DNA of 64,000 nt, from positions 5,632,001-5,696,000 of the forward strand of contig OZ244561.1 in NCBI GenBank assembly GCA_965217585.1, given 5' to 3'. The position numbers were made by a program, and so were the translations under genes. Position 1 is the first letter of the stretch, and each line of letters opens with the position of its first letter. Shown piece by piece: positions 1 to 9,353 of this stretch. This stretch comes from Candidatus Latescibacterota bacterium (GTDB lineage Bacteria > Latescibacterota > UBA2968 > UBA8231). The notes below the pieces were generated by a model that ran no database searches, had not been told where the DNA came from, and saw only the letters and a program-made list of their open reading frames with translations.

Positions 1-1
1 T

Positions 2-541
2 ATCCGCTGGCGTCTAGAGGAAGTCTGGGTGGCCCAAGACCTGGCCCGCCGCCTACAGGGCCATCGCCTAGACTCGCTCGAAAGCCCCATTGCCAAAGGC
101 GCTCGCGGCGGCACATTCTCCGAATGGCGTCGCCTGCGCCACACCATCGAATTACCCATTGGCGACCACGTCGGCGACGCAGCCGATCTGTTGCACCGCT
201 TTCAGGCCGAGGCCCTCGACTACGTCATCGTCGGCGGAGCCAGCCACTTTGAAACTTTGCACCGCTCGCATCTGGCCCACGCGCTGGGGCTAGGCGGCTG
301 GTCGCAAACCGTGGCCTATGGGCCGGGTGCCGCTATGGGCCTGCACGTGGCCGCTTGTATGCCCCATTTAACTCAACCCTACGACATGGTCGGCCCCATC
401 GCCTGGCAGCACTCCTTGGTCAACGAGGAATTCGTCCTCGAAGAGGGCAGCTTCCTAGTCTCCGACCGACCGGGTTTGGGCTACACCCTCGACCGCGACG
501 GCGTCGAGCGCTACTTAGTGGAACGCCACATTTTCCCTTAG
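2..541 (+). CDS. Mandelate racemase/muconate-lactonizing enzyme family protein, C-terminal part (5' end outside window)
   Basis: LESPI...LPIGDH segment and C-terminal 'EEGSFLVSDRPGLGYTLD' typical of the enolase-superfamily barrel end; frame open from position 2. Confidence 0.75.
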   Translation: MRWRLEEVWVAQDLARRLQGHRLDSLESPIAKGARGGTFSEWRRLRHTIELPIGDHVGDAADLLHRFQAEALDYVIVGGASHFETLHRSHLAHALGLGGWSQTVAYGPGAAMGLHVAACMPHLTQPYDMVGPIAWQHSLVNEEFVLEEGSFLVSDRPGLGYTLDRDGVERYLVERHIFP

Positions 542-558
542 GACTGTTAACCAACGCT

Positions 559-2241
559 ATGTCCGAAACTCCCGAATACCGCAGCCACTCCAATACCCCC
601 TTCGCGCTCGACCGTCCCCTCGACAAGACGCTGACGGTCGCCGCTTGGGTCGAAAGCCCCACCGCCCGCGCCGAAGCTATGCAGCCGCTCGTCTCGCAGT
701 GGCAACCCCGCGCCGCATTCGACGCCTTCTCCGCCTATGACGCCGGCCACACCGACGGCTTGGTGACCCAAGGCTACTTCGGCGCAGTATTCGACGGCCG
801 CTACGCGTACTTCTGCCCCATCCGCGACCGGAATGAGCGCACTTCCGTCCACGGCCGCGTCCTCCGCCTCGACACCCAAGCCGATTTCAAAGACCCAGAC
901 GCTTGGGCCGCCTACGACGCCAGCCACACCGACGGCCTGCACACCGCGGGCTTCTACGGCGGGGCCTTTGACGGACGCTACGTGTACTTCAATCCCCGCG
1001 ATGACGGCACTGTCCACCACTCGCGGCTCTTGCGCTACGACACCCAAGCCGACTTCAAAGACCCAGACGCTTGGGCCGCCTACGACGCCCAGTTACCCCA
1101 CTCGGGACAGGGCCTCGCTTTTGACGGCCACTACCTCTATTTCTGCCCGGGTTACACCCGGTCGTCAATCGGCGGTTTGGACGATGAGAACAGCGGCTAC
1201 ATCCTCCGCTACGACACGCGCGCGCCCCTGAAGGATCCCGCGAGCTATGCTGTCTTCAACGCCCAACAACTCCACCCGGAGGCAGCCTGTTTCGACGGGG
1301 CCGTGTTCGACGGACGCCATATCTACTTCGCGCCGCTCACCAGCAGCCACGTCCTCCGCTACGAGGTCGCCGGAGATTTCGCCGACCCGCAAAGCTGGGA
1401 CGCGTACGACGCCCGCCCCTTGGGGATGCAAATGAACGTCGGGGCCGTGTTCGACGGGCGGCATATCTACTTTTGCGCCTATGGCAACAGCCAGATGTTG
1501 CGCTACGACACGGCTGCGCCGTTTGACGACCCGCAAAGCTGGGACATCCACGTTCCTGTGGACAACAGCGGCTTTGACGGCGGCTTCTTCGACGGACGCT
1601 ACGTGTATTACGTGCCCTTCACCCGCGCCGCCGCTCCCGGAGAGAGTGTCTTCCACGGCTCTTGGCTGCGCTACGACACGGCCGCACCGTTTGACGACCC
1701 AACCGCTTGGGACACCCACGACGCCAGCTATACCGACGGCCTGCATACGACCGCGTATAACGCTGGCGCATTCGATGGCCGCTATTTCTACACCGCTCCT
1801 TGGCGCGGCGACCGCGACGGCGGCCACGCCCACGGCCGCGTACAACGCTACGACACTCTCGGTGCAGACGGCGCGTTTTCCCTGCGCTACGGCGATGTGG
1901 GCCACAACGGTGGACTCTGCGCAGCCGTGCCCGGCCCCAGCTTCATCGTCAATACCACCGGCGGCGCGGTCAGCATTGCCACTCACCAAACCCTCGCGCC
2001 CGGCGTCCATCACCTCGCCGGGGTGTACGACGGCGCGTGCATCCAGCTCTACATCGACGGCGCGCTCGCGGCCTCGCGTTCAGCTTGTGGCCGTCCGTTG
2101 CAACAGACGGACATCCCCGTGACCATCGGCCATATCGCCGGCGGCAGCGCCCGCTTCCAAGGCACCATCGCCGAGGTGTATCTAGCGCCTGTCGCCCACA
2201 GCGCCGCTTGGGTCGCAGCAACCTATAGCAAGCCAGAATGA
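559..2241 (+). CDS. LamG-like jelly-roll protein with inserted FDGRY(V/I)YF repeat region (probable beta-propeller)
   Basis: ATG 559 follows the upstream stop; N-terminal 'TLTVAAWV..QPLVSQW' and C-terminal 'HHLAGVYDG..QLYIDG..VTIG..FQGTIAEV' are LamG motifs; seven G(A/G)xFDGx(Y/H)xYx repeats between them. Confidence 0.7.
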   Translation: MSETPEYRSHSNTPFALDRPLDKTLTVAAWVESPTARAEAMQPLVSQWQPRAAFDAFSAYDAGHTDGLVTQGYFGAVFDGRYAYFCPIRDRNERTSVHGRVLRLDTQADFKDPDAWAAYDASHTDGLHTAGFYGGAFDGRYVYFNPRDDGTVHHSRLLRYDTQADFKDPDAWAAYDAQLPHSGQGLAFDGHYLYFCPGYTRSSIGGLDDENSGYILRYDTRAPLKDPASYAVFNAQQLHPEAACFDGAVFDGRHIYFAPLTSSHVLRYEVAGDFADPQSWDAYDARPLGMQMNVGAVFDGRHIYFCAYGNSQMLRYDTAAPFDDPQSWDIHVPVDNSGFDGGFFDGRYVYYVPFTRAAAPGESVFHGSWLRYDTAAPFDDPTAWDTHDASYTDGLHTTAYNAGAFDGRYFYTAPWRGDRDGGHAHGRVQRYDTLGADGAFSLRYGDVGHNGGLCAAVPGPSFIVNTTGGAVSIATHQTLAPGVHHLAGVYDGACIQLYIDGALAASRSACGRPLQQTDIPVTIGHIAGGSARFQGTIAEVYLAPVAHSAAWVAATYSKPE

Positions 2242-2280
2242 TTTGAACGCTTCTAAATGTGGATCGTCTTGTGAATCCTA

Positions 2281-2308
2281 TTCTGCGTCTATCTGCGTCC
2301 ATCTGCGG
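2281..2308. repeat. 10-nt tandem repeat (T/A)TCTGCGTC(T/C) x~3, REP-like element of the GxxExxY-associated type
   Basis: ttctgcgtct atctgcgtcc atctgcgg; the reverse strand reads PQMDADRRR. Confidence 0.55.
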
Positions 2309-2321
2309 ATCACCTTGTACA

Positions 2322-2342
2322 TGATGTAGGATTGCTACATCA
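2322..2342. promoter_or_regulatory. 8-5-8 inverted repeat upstream of the oxidoreductase (possible operator or hairpin)
   Basis: TGATGTAG gattg CTACATCA, just upstream of the AAGGAG RBS. Confidence 0.35.
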
Positions 2343-2373
2343 CGCGGATGCACCAACCTAAAGGAGCTTCTCC

Positions 2374-3447
2374 ATGAACGAAAAATACACGGTCGCCATC
2401 ATCGGCTGCGGCCGCCTCGGCCAGCACTACGCCGAAGTCTATCAAACCCTACCCAACACCGAGCTAGTCGCCATCGCCGAATACAACCCCGAGCGCCGCC
2501 AAGCCGTCGGCGAGCGCTTTGGCATCCGCGCCCTCTATCAGGACGCGCAAGACCTCTTCCGGCACATAGTCCCCGACATCGCGGTCGTCGTGCTGCCCGG
2601 CAAGTACATCAAGGAGGCCGTCATCGCCGCCGCCCAAGCTGGCGTCAAGGGCGTCTCCACCGACAAGCCCATTGAGGCTCGTCTGTCGGATGTAGATGAA
2701 ATGATCGAGGAGTGCGAAGCGCGCGGCGTGGTCTTTGCCGGCGGCAACCTGCAACGGGCCATCGGCGAGGTGCAAGAAGCGGCCGGCTGGCTACACGCCG
2801 GCGAGTACGGCCCATTGCGCGGGGCCAGCGTCCACGGCTGGGGCGGCGAAATTTCCGGCGGAGGCTGCCAGCACATCGCCGTTCTGCGACTCCTCACCCA
2901 AGCCGAGGTGACTCAAGTCATCGCCTGGGGCACGCCGCCCGAGGCCCTCGCGCGCGACGACGACGAGGGGTTGATCATCAACGGACAATTTTTGCTCAGC
3001 AACGGCCTCGTCTGCCCGGTTTTTGGCCAACCGACGCCTAGTCGTGGTGTGGACGTGTGGACCGACGACGCGCTCGTGCGCTGGGACTGGGGACCGCCCA
3101 AAATTTTCCAAGGCCGCGACGCGCAGGGTGCCCGCATAAAGACCGCCCGCCCTTATACCCCACTCGAATACCCCCGCTTTACCTACATGGGCACTTCGGT
3201 GATGTCGTTTTTGGATGTCGTAGAAAACGGCGGAGAGCTGTACATCTCCGGCCACGACCTGCGCCAATCGCTCGAAGTAGCCATCGCCGCCAAGTACTCG
3301 GCGCTGTGGGGCAATGTGCCGCTCGACCTACCGCTCGCCGACCGCTCACTCGCGCTCTACCCTAGGACCTATCGCTGGCTCGGCGGCGACCATTCCGGGC
3401 GATCGCAGACCTACGCAGAGGCGCTAGAAGGGACGCTTTTTCGTTAG
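2374..3447 (+). CDS. Gfo/Idh/MocA family oxidoreductase
   Basis: N-terminal Rossmann 'VAIIGCGRLG', 'DKP' (EKP-like) motif, AAGGAG RBS. Confidence 0.85.
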   Translation: MNEKYTVAIIGCGRLGQHYAEVYQTLPNTELVAIAEYNPERRQAVGERFGIRALYQDAQDLFRHIVPDIAVVVLPGKYIKEAVIAAAQAGVKGVSTDKPIEARLSDVDEMIEECEARGVVFAGGNLQRAIGEVQEAAGWLHAGEYGPLRGASVHGWGGEISGGGCQHIAVLRLLTQAEVTQVIAWGTPPEALARDDDEGLIINGQFLLSNGLVCPVFGQPTPSRGVDVWTDDALVRWDWGPPKIFQGRDAQGARIKTARPYTPLEYPRFTYMGTSVMSFLDVVENGGELYISGHDLRQSLEVAIAAKYSALWGNVPLDLPLADRSLALYPRTYRWLGGDHSGRSQTYAEALEGTLFR

Positions 3448-3493
3448 CAGCACCCCCGTGCGTGCAGTGCCCTCTTCCGTTATACTTCCATTT

Positions 3494-3886
3494 ATGGACG
3501 CCTACAGTTCGTACATTGAGGGTTGGCAAAAGCGTCTGCGCCAAGAGCGAGAAGCGCTCGACCAAGCCGCACAACAGGCGCGGGAGCAGGCGCAGGTCTG
3601 CGCCAAAGCCCTAGTCGAGGAATACGGGGTTGAACGCGTGTACCTGATCGGCTCGCTGGCCAGAGGTAGCGGCTTCCACCCGCGTTCCGATATCGATTTG
3701 GTCGTCGCAGGTATAGCACCAGAACGCTACTTTGCGGTGCTAGCAGACGTCGCCGAGCGGGCGAGCCGCGAGATCAATTTGATTCTACTCGAGTCGGCGA
3801 CGCCGGCTCTGCTCGAATGCGTGGAAAACGAGGGAGTGCTGCTGCATGAGCGCACAGAAATTCCTGCTGCTGCGGGCCGACATTGA
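3494..3886 (+). CDS. Minimal nucleotidyltransferase (MNT-type antitoxin)
   Basis: 'VYLIGSLARG....SDIDLVV' Pol-beta NTase motif in a ~130-aa protein. Confidence 0.85.
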   Translation: MDAYSSYIEGWQKRLRQEREALDQAAQQAREQAQVCAKALVEEYGVERVYLIGSLARGSGFHPRSDIDLVVAGIAPERYFAVLADVAERASREINLILLESATPALLECVENEGVLLHERTEIPAAAGRH

Positions 3887-3929
3887 CCGTGTGCTAGCGC
3901 AGGCTTCCAATAGCGGAGGAATCCAATGA
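3846..3929 (+). pseudogene. 27-codon remnant of the presumed HEPN toxin partner of the MNT
   Basis: ATG inside the MNT 3' end (MSAQKFLLLRADIDRVLAQ...), where the HEPN partner normally starts; its stop overlaps the ATPase ATG (ATGA). Confidence 0.45.
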
Positions 3930-4972
3930 TTCATCTCAGCAGTTTCGAGGCAATTCACTACCGTGGCATCGACGGCTTGTCTCTGCCAAAATTGAGCCAC
4001 GCGAACCTGATCACGGGTGCAAACGGTGTTGGGAAAACAGCACTTATCGAAGCAATCTGGCTCTTCATGGGAAGACACAATACTCAATTGCTGTGGAACG
4101 CAAATGTACAACGATCCAGTCATACAGCGATGAATCCCGTTTCAGAATTGTCGGGCGATTACGTAGAACTTCGGGGAACAGAGGACGGAACGAAACACCT
4201 GAAAGTTGCCTTTGACCCCGAGCCCGTCGAACAATTCGTGCCAGAGTTTTACGGCCTAGATGCCATTGAAGCATCCTTGCAGCTTCCATTCGCTGGTCGT
4301 TTACAAACATGGATTGATGATAAGAATATTGACGCCAAATTCGATTCAATGTATCGCACACCGACATATACGGTACTGTACAAAAGGCCCACACCACAGG
4401 AGAGCAAACGAAATTGCGTCATCGAAGGCACAAGATGGCAACTTGAAGTATCGGAAGATTACCTGAAAAATTATTCCGATATGGTTAGGGAAGGTCGAAG
4501 AGAGGACTTAACGAATGCCGTAAATTTGATTCTGCCAAACGTTAAGGATGTACAGATACTTACGGACGAAAATGGGGAATCGTACCTTTCGGCAATCACA
4601 GATAACGGTGCTCAACGTCGCCTAGAAAATCTAGGGGGTGGTATAGTGCGGCTTCTCAAATTATATCTAAATTTCTTCGCCGCCCGTAATGGCCTAGTGC
4701 TTATCGACGAGGTAGAAAATGGCCTTCACTATTCGGTGCTACGGAATCTCTGGGATCGCATACGCATCTGGACGTGCGAATGGAATGTGCAGTTCATCGC
4801 GACGACGCACAGCGCTGAGTGCATTGATGCCGCAATGGAGGCTTTTGCCGACGAACCCAACGACTTGTCCATACATAATCTCTTTGCGAACGAGTCGGGA
4901 AACATCAAAGCGGCAACGTTTACCGGCGAGGCCCTCGAAGGTGCTCGGAACCTTAATCTGGAGGTCCGATGA
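3926..4972 (+). CDS. ABC-type AAA ATPase (AAA_15/AAA_21, AbiEii/OLD-like)
   Basis: Walker A GANGVGKT, signature LGGG, Walker B/D-loop LIDEVENGLH, H-loop ATTHS; AT-rich relative to flanks. Confidence 0.85.
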   Translation: MIHLSSFEAIHYRGIDGLSLPKLSHANLITGANGVGKTALIEAIWLFMGRHNTQLLWNANVQRSSHTAMNPVSELSGDYVELRGTEDGTKHLKVAFDPEPVEQFVPEFYGLDAIEASLQLPFAGRLQTWIDDKNIDAKFDSMYRTPTYTVLYKRPTPQESKRNCVIEGTRWQLEVSEDYLKNYSDMVREGRREDLTNAVNLILPNVKDVQILTDENGESYLSAITDNGAQRRLENLGGGIVRLLKLYLNFFAARNGLVLIDEVENGLHYSVLRNLWDRIRIWTCEWNVQFIATTHSAECIDAAMEAFADEPNDLSIHNLFANESGNIKAATFTGEALEGARNLNLEVR

Positions 4973-5460
4973 TGATCGCAACGGGTCAAGCCGGTCTTCC
5001 GAAGGTCGAGCTAACGGCAGACCGACTTTTGCTTGTCGAAGGCAAAGACGAGGTGAACTTATTAGGGAGGCTCATCAAGGATTGTCTCAAGGACGATGAG
5101 CAGGGAATACAGATATTGGATGTTGGCAGCAAGGATAACTTCAGATCGAACCTGAAGGCGATAAAGACGGCTGCCCAATCTGGACCGACTCTCAGTTCAA
5201 TTGGTATCGTCCGAGACGCAGATAAATGTGCAAAAGGAAGTTTTCAAAGCGTCTACGACAGTGTGCGCGCTGTCGGTTACAAACCACCTGATGCTCATGC
5301 AGAATTCTCAAACGACACTCCGTCGATTGGCGTGTTCATCGTGCCCGACGGCTCCCAATCCGGTGCCATTGAGACCCTCTGTCGGCGTTCCGTAGAAGGC
5401 GAAGACGCGGCCAAATGCGCCGACGAGTACATGGAGTGCCTGAATATTACCTTTAAGTAG
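4969..5460 (+). CDS. DUF3226-like TOPRIM-fold protein, probably C-terminally truncated
   Basis: 'LLLVEGKDE', 'IGIVRDAD', 'GVFIVPDG...GAIETLC'; ATGA overlap with the ATPase; ends abruptly after 'EYMECL'. Confidence 0.65.
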   Translation: MMIATGQAGLPKVELTADRLLLVEGKDEVNLLGRLIKDCLKDDEQGIQILDVGSKDNFRSNLKAIKTAAQSGPTLSSIGIVRDADKCAKGSFQSVYDSVRAVGYKPPDAHAEFSNDTPSIGVFIVPDGSQSGAIETLCRRSVEGEDAAKCADEYMECLNITFK

Positions 5461-5474
5461 GAGTAGAATCATTA

Positions 5475-6650
5475 GTGAATGATCATGTCGATTTCAGCCC
5501 CAAAGAATACCAACAGCGGCTGAGCAAGCTCAGGGTGTTAATGGCGGAGCGCGGTATCGACGCTGTGCTGGTCACCACCGAGGCCAATCACCGCTACTTT
5601 ACGGGCCATGTGACCCACCGCTGGATGCACCAGTACACGGCCATGTTCGCCCTGCTGCCGCTGGAGGGCGAGCCGCTGCTTATTGTGCCCCCGCAAGAAG
5701 CCTGTATGTGCGAGGAAGATTCCTGGATGAAAAGCATCCGAACCTTCCCATTCGAACATATTCTCCAAGGTGTCGATGCCATTACCGACGCCGTGCACGA
5801 ACTCGGGCTGGAAGAAGGCCGCATTGGCACCGAACTCGGCGGGATGGTCTCGCTCAGGATGCCTTGCGAAGATTTCGGCCAGTTGCGGCAAAACCTGCCC
5901 AATGTTGATTTTGTCGATGCGTCCGCCCTATGTTGGAAGTTGCGCGCCCGGAAATCGAGCGCCGAAGTGGAGCGCATCCGCGAGGCAGTGGCCATCACTG
6001 ATGCAGCGTATCAGGTCCTCTTCGAGGAGGTCAAACCGGGGATGAGCGAGCGGGAGCTCTGTCGCCTGCTCGCGGTCGAACACCTCAGGCGTGGTGCCGA
6101 AATGCCGGGCTCGATCACCCTCGCTCCATATATACCCGACGACATCCGGGTCGCCAATAGCACCCTGCGGCGACCTATTGATCGCGTGCTGACCGCGGGC
6201 GAAATGATCACCCAAGACGCCGGCGGCGTCTATCGGGGCTACTGGTCAGACTATACGCGGATGTTTGCGCTGGGGCGGGCTAGTGCTGCACACCAAGACG
6301 CCTATCGCGTCGTCTACGATTGTTTGCAGGCGGCGATAGAGGCCACCCGGCCCGGTGTCCCCATCGCCGATCTGGTCCACGCCGCGAAGGCGACGATGAG
6401 CGTCTCGGGCCATGCCGACTATGCCGCAAAGGTCAAGGGTATCGGCCATGCGATGGGGCTGGAGATTATCGAACCGCCCTTTATCGCCTTTGAAAACGAG
6501 GTGATTTTAGCAGAGGGGATGGTCTTCACCATCGAACCCGGACTCTTCACCGCTGACGCTTTCTGTATGCTCGAAGAAGACGTGCTCGTCACCGATCGCG
6601 GCTACGAGGTGCTATCCAAGCCCGCAAGCGCTGAGTTGCCGGTCCTTTGA
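5475..6650 (+). CDS. Xaa-Pro peptidase / M24 family (Creatinase_N + Peptidase_M24)
   Basis: Metal-ligand motifs 'DAGG...YWSDYTR', 'GHAMGL..IEPP', 'FTIEPG', 'LEEDVLVT'. Confidence 0.9.
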   Translation: MNDHVDFSPKEYQQRLSKLRVLMAERGIDAVLVTTEANHRYFTGHVTHRWMHQYTAMFALLPLEGEPLLIVPPQEACMCEEDSWMKSIRTFPFEHILQGVDAITDAVHELGLEEGRIGTELGGMVSLRMPCEDFGQLRQNLPNVDFVDASALCWKLRARKSSAEVERIREAVAITDAAYQVLFEEVKPGMSERELCRLLAVEHLRRGAEMPGSITLAPYIPDDIRVANSTLRRPIDRVLTAGEMITQDAGGVYRGYWSDYTRMFALGRASAAHQDAYRVVYDCLQAAIEATRPGVPIADLVHAAKATMSVSGHADYAAKVKGIGHAMGLEIIEPPFIAFENEVILAEGMVFTIEPGLFTADAFCMLEEDVLVTDRGYEVLSKPASAELPVL

Positions 6651-6712
6651 GGCCATCTGCCTCGTTAGGTATGGTCTCATGCTCGGCGTTTTGCTGCGCG
6701 GCGAGTCGCTAG

Positions 6713-6734
6713 AGCCCGTTTGGCCAAGCGGGCT
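6713..6734. terminator. Hairpin between convergent genes
   Basis: agcccgtttg gc caagcgggct. Confidence 0.35.
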
Positions 6735-6753
6735 TGCAGCCAGAGTTGGATAA

Positions 6754-8190
6754 TTAGGGCAGCGCCACCTCGTCGCCGGTCTGCTCCTGCCAAGCGCGAA
6801 TCCGCTCGCTCAGTTCGCCGATTCGCGCTCGCTGCTCGGGCCGGTGGTATAAATTATCCAACTCGTGGGGGTCCACGTTCAGGTCGTATAGCTCGCCTTG
6901 GCCCTGGCCATACAGGTTGAGCTTCCAGCCATCGGCCGCGACAATGGTGCGGAGGGGATGCACCAAGCTGCGGTTCGGCTCGGCTTCGCCGATCGAGGCC
7001 GGCGGATGCCCGTCGGCGCCGCTCCACTCGACAAACACGTCGTTGGCCGCCAAGTCGTCGCGGCCGCACAGCACCGGCACCCGGCTCTGCCCCTGCAAAT
7101 GGTCCGGCGCATCCAGCCCGAGCAAGTCGAGCAACGTGGGTACCAAGTCGATGTGGCTAAACTGGCCGCCGATCCGCCGTGGCTCCGCATCCAACATGGG
7201 AGCGCGCAGTAGCAACGGCACCTTGATCGACTCCTCGTACATCAGGGTCTTGCCCAAAATCCCGTGATCGCCCATAAGCTCGCCGTGATCCGACGTGAAA
7301 ATCACAATGGTGTCGTCGGCCTTGCCACTCTCTTCCAGGGCCTGCAAGATGTTGGCCACCGAGCGATCCACCAGCGTCACATTGCCCCAATAGCGGGCCA
7401 GCAGCCCGCGCCAGCCAGCCTCGGTCTGCAAGTCCAACCCGTAGTTTTCCGAGGCCGAGTAAAAGGCCGCCATCAGCCGCACGATCAAGGGTGCGTCGTC
7501 CGGCGGGGGCTGCCTAAAGCTCGGCCCAGTCGGCAGGGTCGCCGGGTCGTAATACTCGTTGAGCGGCCCGGTGTGCGGCGGATGCGGCTCCAGATAGCTG
7601 ACGCACAGCGCAAAGGGCGCGTCGCCGCTCTGGCGGATGTATTCCGCGGCCTGCTCGCCCAAAAACGCCGCCTTGGTGTATTCCTCCGGCATGGAGGCCT
7701 CGGCGTGGCGCGAGAATACGCGCTGCCCGAGGTTCTCCGCATCGGGCGCGAACCCCTGCTCGACCAAGAAGTGGTGATACGGGCTGAGCACATCCAGCCG
7801 CTCCGGCGCGGAATAGCCACGCCGGTACGAGTCTTCGCTGCCGACCCACGTTGCAAATCCGTGCTGGGGAAAAATCTCATCCCCCAAGTGCCATTTGCCC
7901 ATAAAGGCCGTCTGGTATTCCGCCGGCAGCATCTCGGCAAAGGTCGGCACCTCGGCGCGCAGCGGCACATTGCACGCGGGCACGCCAGCGGTGTGCGGCC
8001 ACAGACCGGTCAACATGGTGGCCCGCGCCGGGCTGCACACCGGCTGGCTCACATAGGCATTTTCAAAGACAAAGCCGGCGGAGGCCAGCGCGTCGAGGGC
8101 CGGGGTCTCGATCTGCTCGTTGCCGTAGCAGCGCAGCGTATCTACGCGCTGCTGATCGGTGAAAATGTAGAGTATGTTGGGCTGTCCCAT
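6754..8190 (-). CDS. Formylglycine-dependent sulfatase (S1 family)
   Basis: 'PNILYIFTDQQR', CSPAR motif, 'GKWHLG', 'FTSDHG', 'ELYDL..DPHE'. Confidence 0.95.
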   Translation of the reverse strand: MGQPNILYIFTDQQRVDTLRCYGNEQIETPALDALASAGFVFENAYVSQPVCSPARATMLTGLWPHTAGVPACNVPLRAEVPTFAEMLPAEYQTAFMGKWHLGDEIFPQHGFATWVGSEDSYRRGYSAPERLDVLSPYHHFLVEQGFAPDAENLGQRVFSRHAEASMPEEYTKAAFLGEQAAEYIRQSGDAPFALCVSYLEPHPPHTGPLNEYYDPATLPTGPSFRQPPPDDAPLIVRLMAAFYSASENYGLDLQTEAGWRGLLARYWGNVTLVDRSVANILQALEESGKADDTIVIFTSDHGELMGDHGILGKTLMYEESIKVPLLLRAPMLDAEPRRIGGQFSHIDLVPTLLDLLGLDAPDHLQGQSRVPVLCGRDDLAANDVFVEWSGADGHPPASIGEAEPNRSLVHPLRTIVAADGWKLNLYGQGQGELYDLNVDPHELDNLYHRPEQRARIGELSERIRAWQEQTGDEVALP

Positions 8191-8207
8191 AGAAATTCTC
8201 CATTCTC

Positions 8208-9266
8208 CTAGCCAGACTGATCCCCCTGCCGATTCGCCTGCGAGCGCGGCGTCAGGTCAAAATAGGTCTCGTGGCTAGAGAAAAAGCGCTCTAATTCATC
8301 GACCATGAGGCTGAAAAAGCTCGGGTATTCGTCGCGCGCCGTGCGTCCGGAAAAGTGCGGGGTCAAAAACACGTTAGGCAGATCGATAATTTCGCTGTCG
8401 GCCGGGATCGGCTCCGGGTCGAAGACATCCAAGGCCGCGACAATGTCGCCGCGCTTGAGGCGCTCGATCAGGGCCGCAGAATCGAAAATGGGCCCGCGCG
8501 ACACGTTCACCAAAGCCGCGCCCGACGGAATGAGATCCAACTCGCGCCGGCCAATCATGCCCTTGGTCTGTGGAGTCAGCGGCGCAACGCAGACAATCGC
8601 ATCGCATTGCGACAGCACGTTGTCCAGCGACGTTTGCAAAAAGCCCAATGCCTCGGCCAGTTCTTGCGGCAAGTACGGATCGTGTACCCATAGCTCGACC
8701 TCAAAGGGCCGCAACAGCTTCATCAGCCGCCGCCCCATGTGGCCGCCGCCGATCAACCCCACCCGCTTGCCGGTTAGCATCCCAGCCATCGGCTCAATAG
8801 TGGAGCGGTCGGTACTCCTAGCGAGGATGCGGCGGAAGAGCGCGCCAGCATTGCGCATGGCAATCAGCGTCAGCGCCAAGGCCCACTCGGCCACCGGATA
8901 GGACGAGCCATTGGTCGTATCCACCGTGCGGATGCCCCGTGCCCAAGCCGCATCCAAGTCGATGCGCGTGGCAAAGCGGTCGCCTTCCAATTCGCCGATG
9001 AGGCGCAGCCGGGGGGCGGCTGCCAAAATGGATTCCCCAATCCTCGGCGCGCCGTGGCAGATGACGAGCGCATCCACCGCGCCCATTTCCTTTGCCAACT
9101 GCGCGGTGGCCTCGGCGTCTTCGCTGGCGTGGTAAATATTGCCGCCCTCACAGGCAAACCACGCCCAGTCGGCAACCTGCTCTAGGCGCGTCAATTCCTC
9201 TGGCGGCAGGTAGCCATGGCGCACCCGCTCGCTACAGGCGATGAGTACTTGCGGACGATTTTCCAT
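8208..9266 (-). CDS. D-isomer-specific 2-hydroxyacid dehydrogenase family
   Basis: 'VGLIGGGHMG', 'LVNVSRG', 'LDVFDPEP', 'LTPH'. Confidence 0.9.
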   Translation of the reverse strand: MENRPQVLIACSERVRHGYLPPEELTRLEQVADWAWFACEGGNIYHASEDAEATAQLAKEMGAVDALVICHGAPRIGESILAAAPRLRLIGELEGDRFATRIDLDAAWARGIRTVDTTNGSSYPVAEWALALTLIAMRNAGALFRRILARSTDRSTIEPMAGMLTGKRVGLIGGGHMGRRLMKLLRPFEVELWVHDPYLPQELAEALGFLQTSLDNVLSQCDAIVCVAPLTPQTKGMIGRRELDLIPSGAALVNVSRGPIFDSAALIERLKRGDIVAALDVFDPEPIPADSEIIDLPNVFLTPHFSGRTARDEYPSFFSLMVDELERFFSSHETYFDLTPRSQANRQGDQSG

Positions 9267-9353
9267 TCATTCCTCCCTTGGTGGATGATGGCGGTTCGCA
9301 ACACATAGAGCTAAATAGCATATTTACACCCGCCCCACAACACTGGAGATACC

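Noticed and set aside
7264-8211. Long antisense or alternate-frame ORFs (also 1165-2013, 13446-14324, 19529-20428, 56084-57070)
   Set aside because: Shadow ORFs opposite well-supported genes in high-GC DNA, with no recognisable motifs
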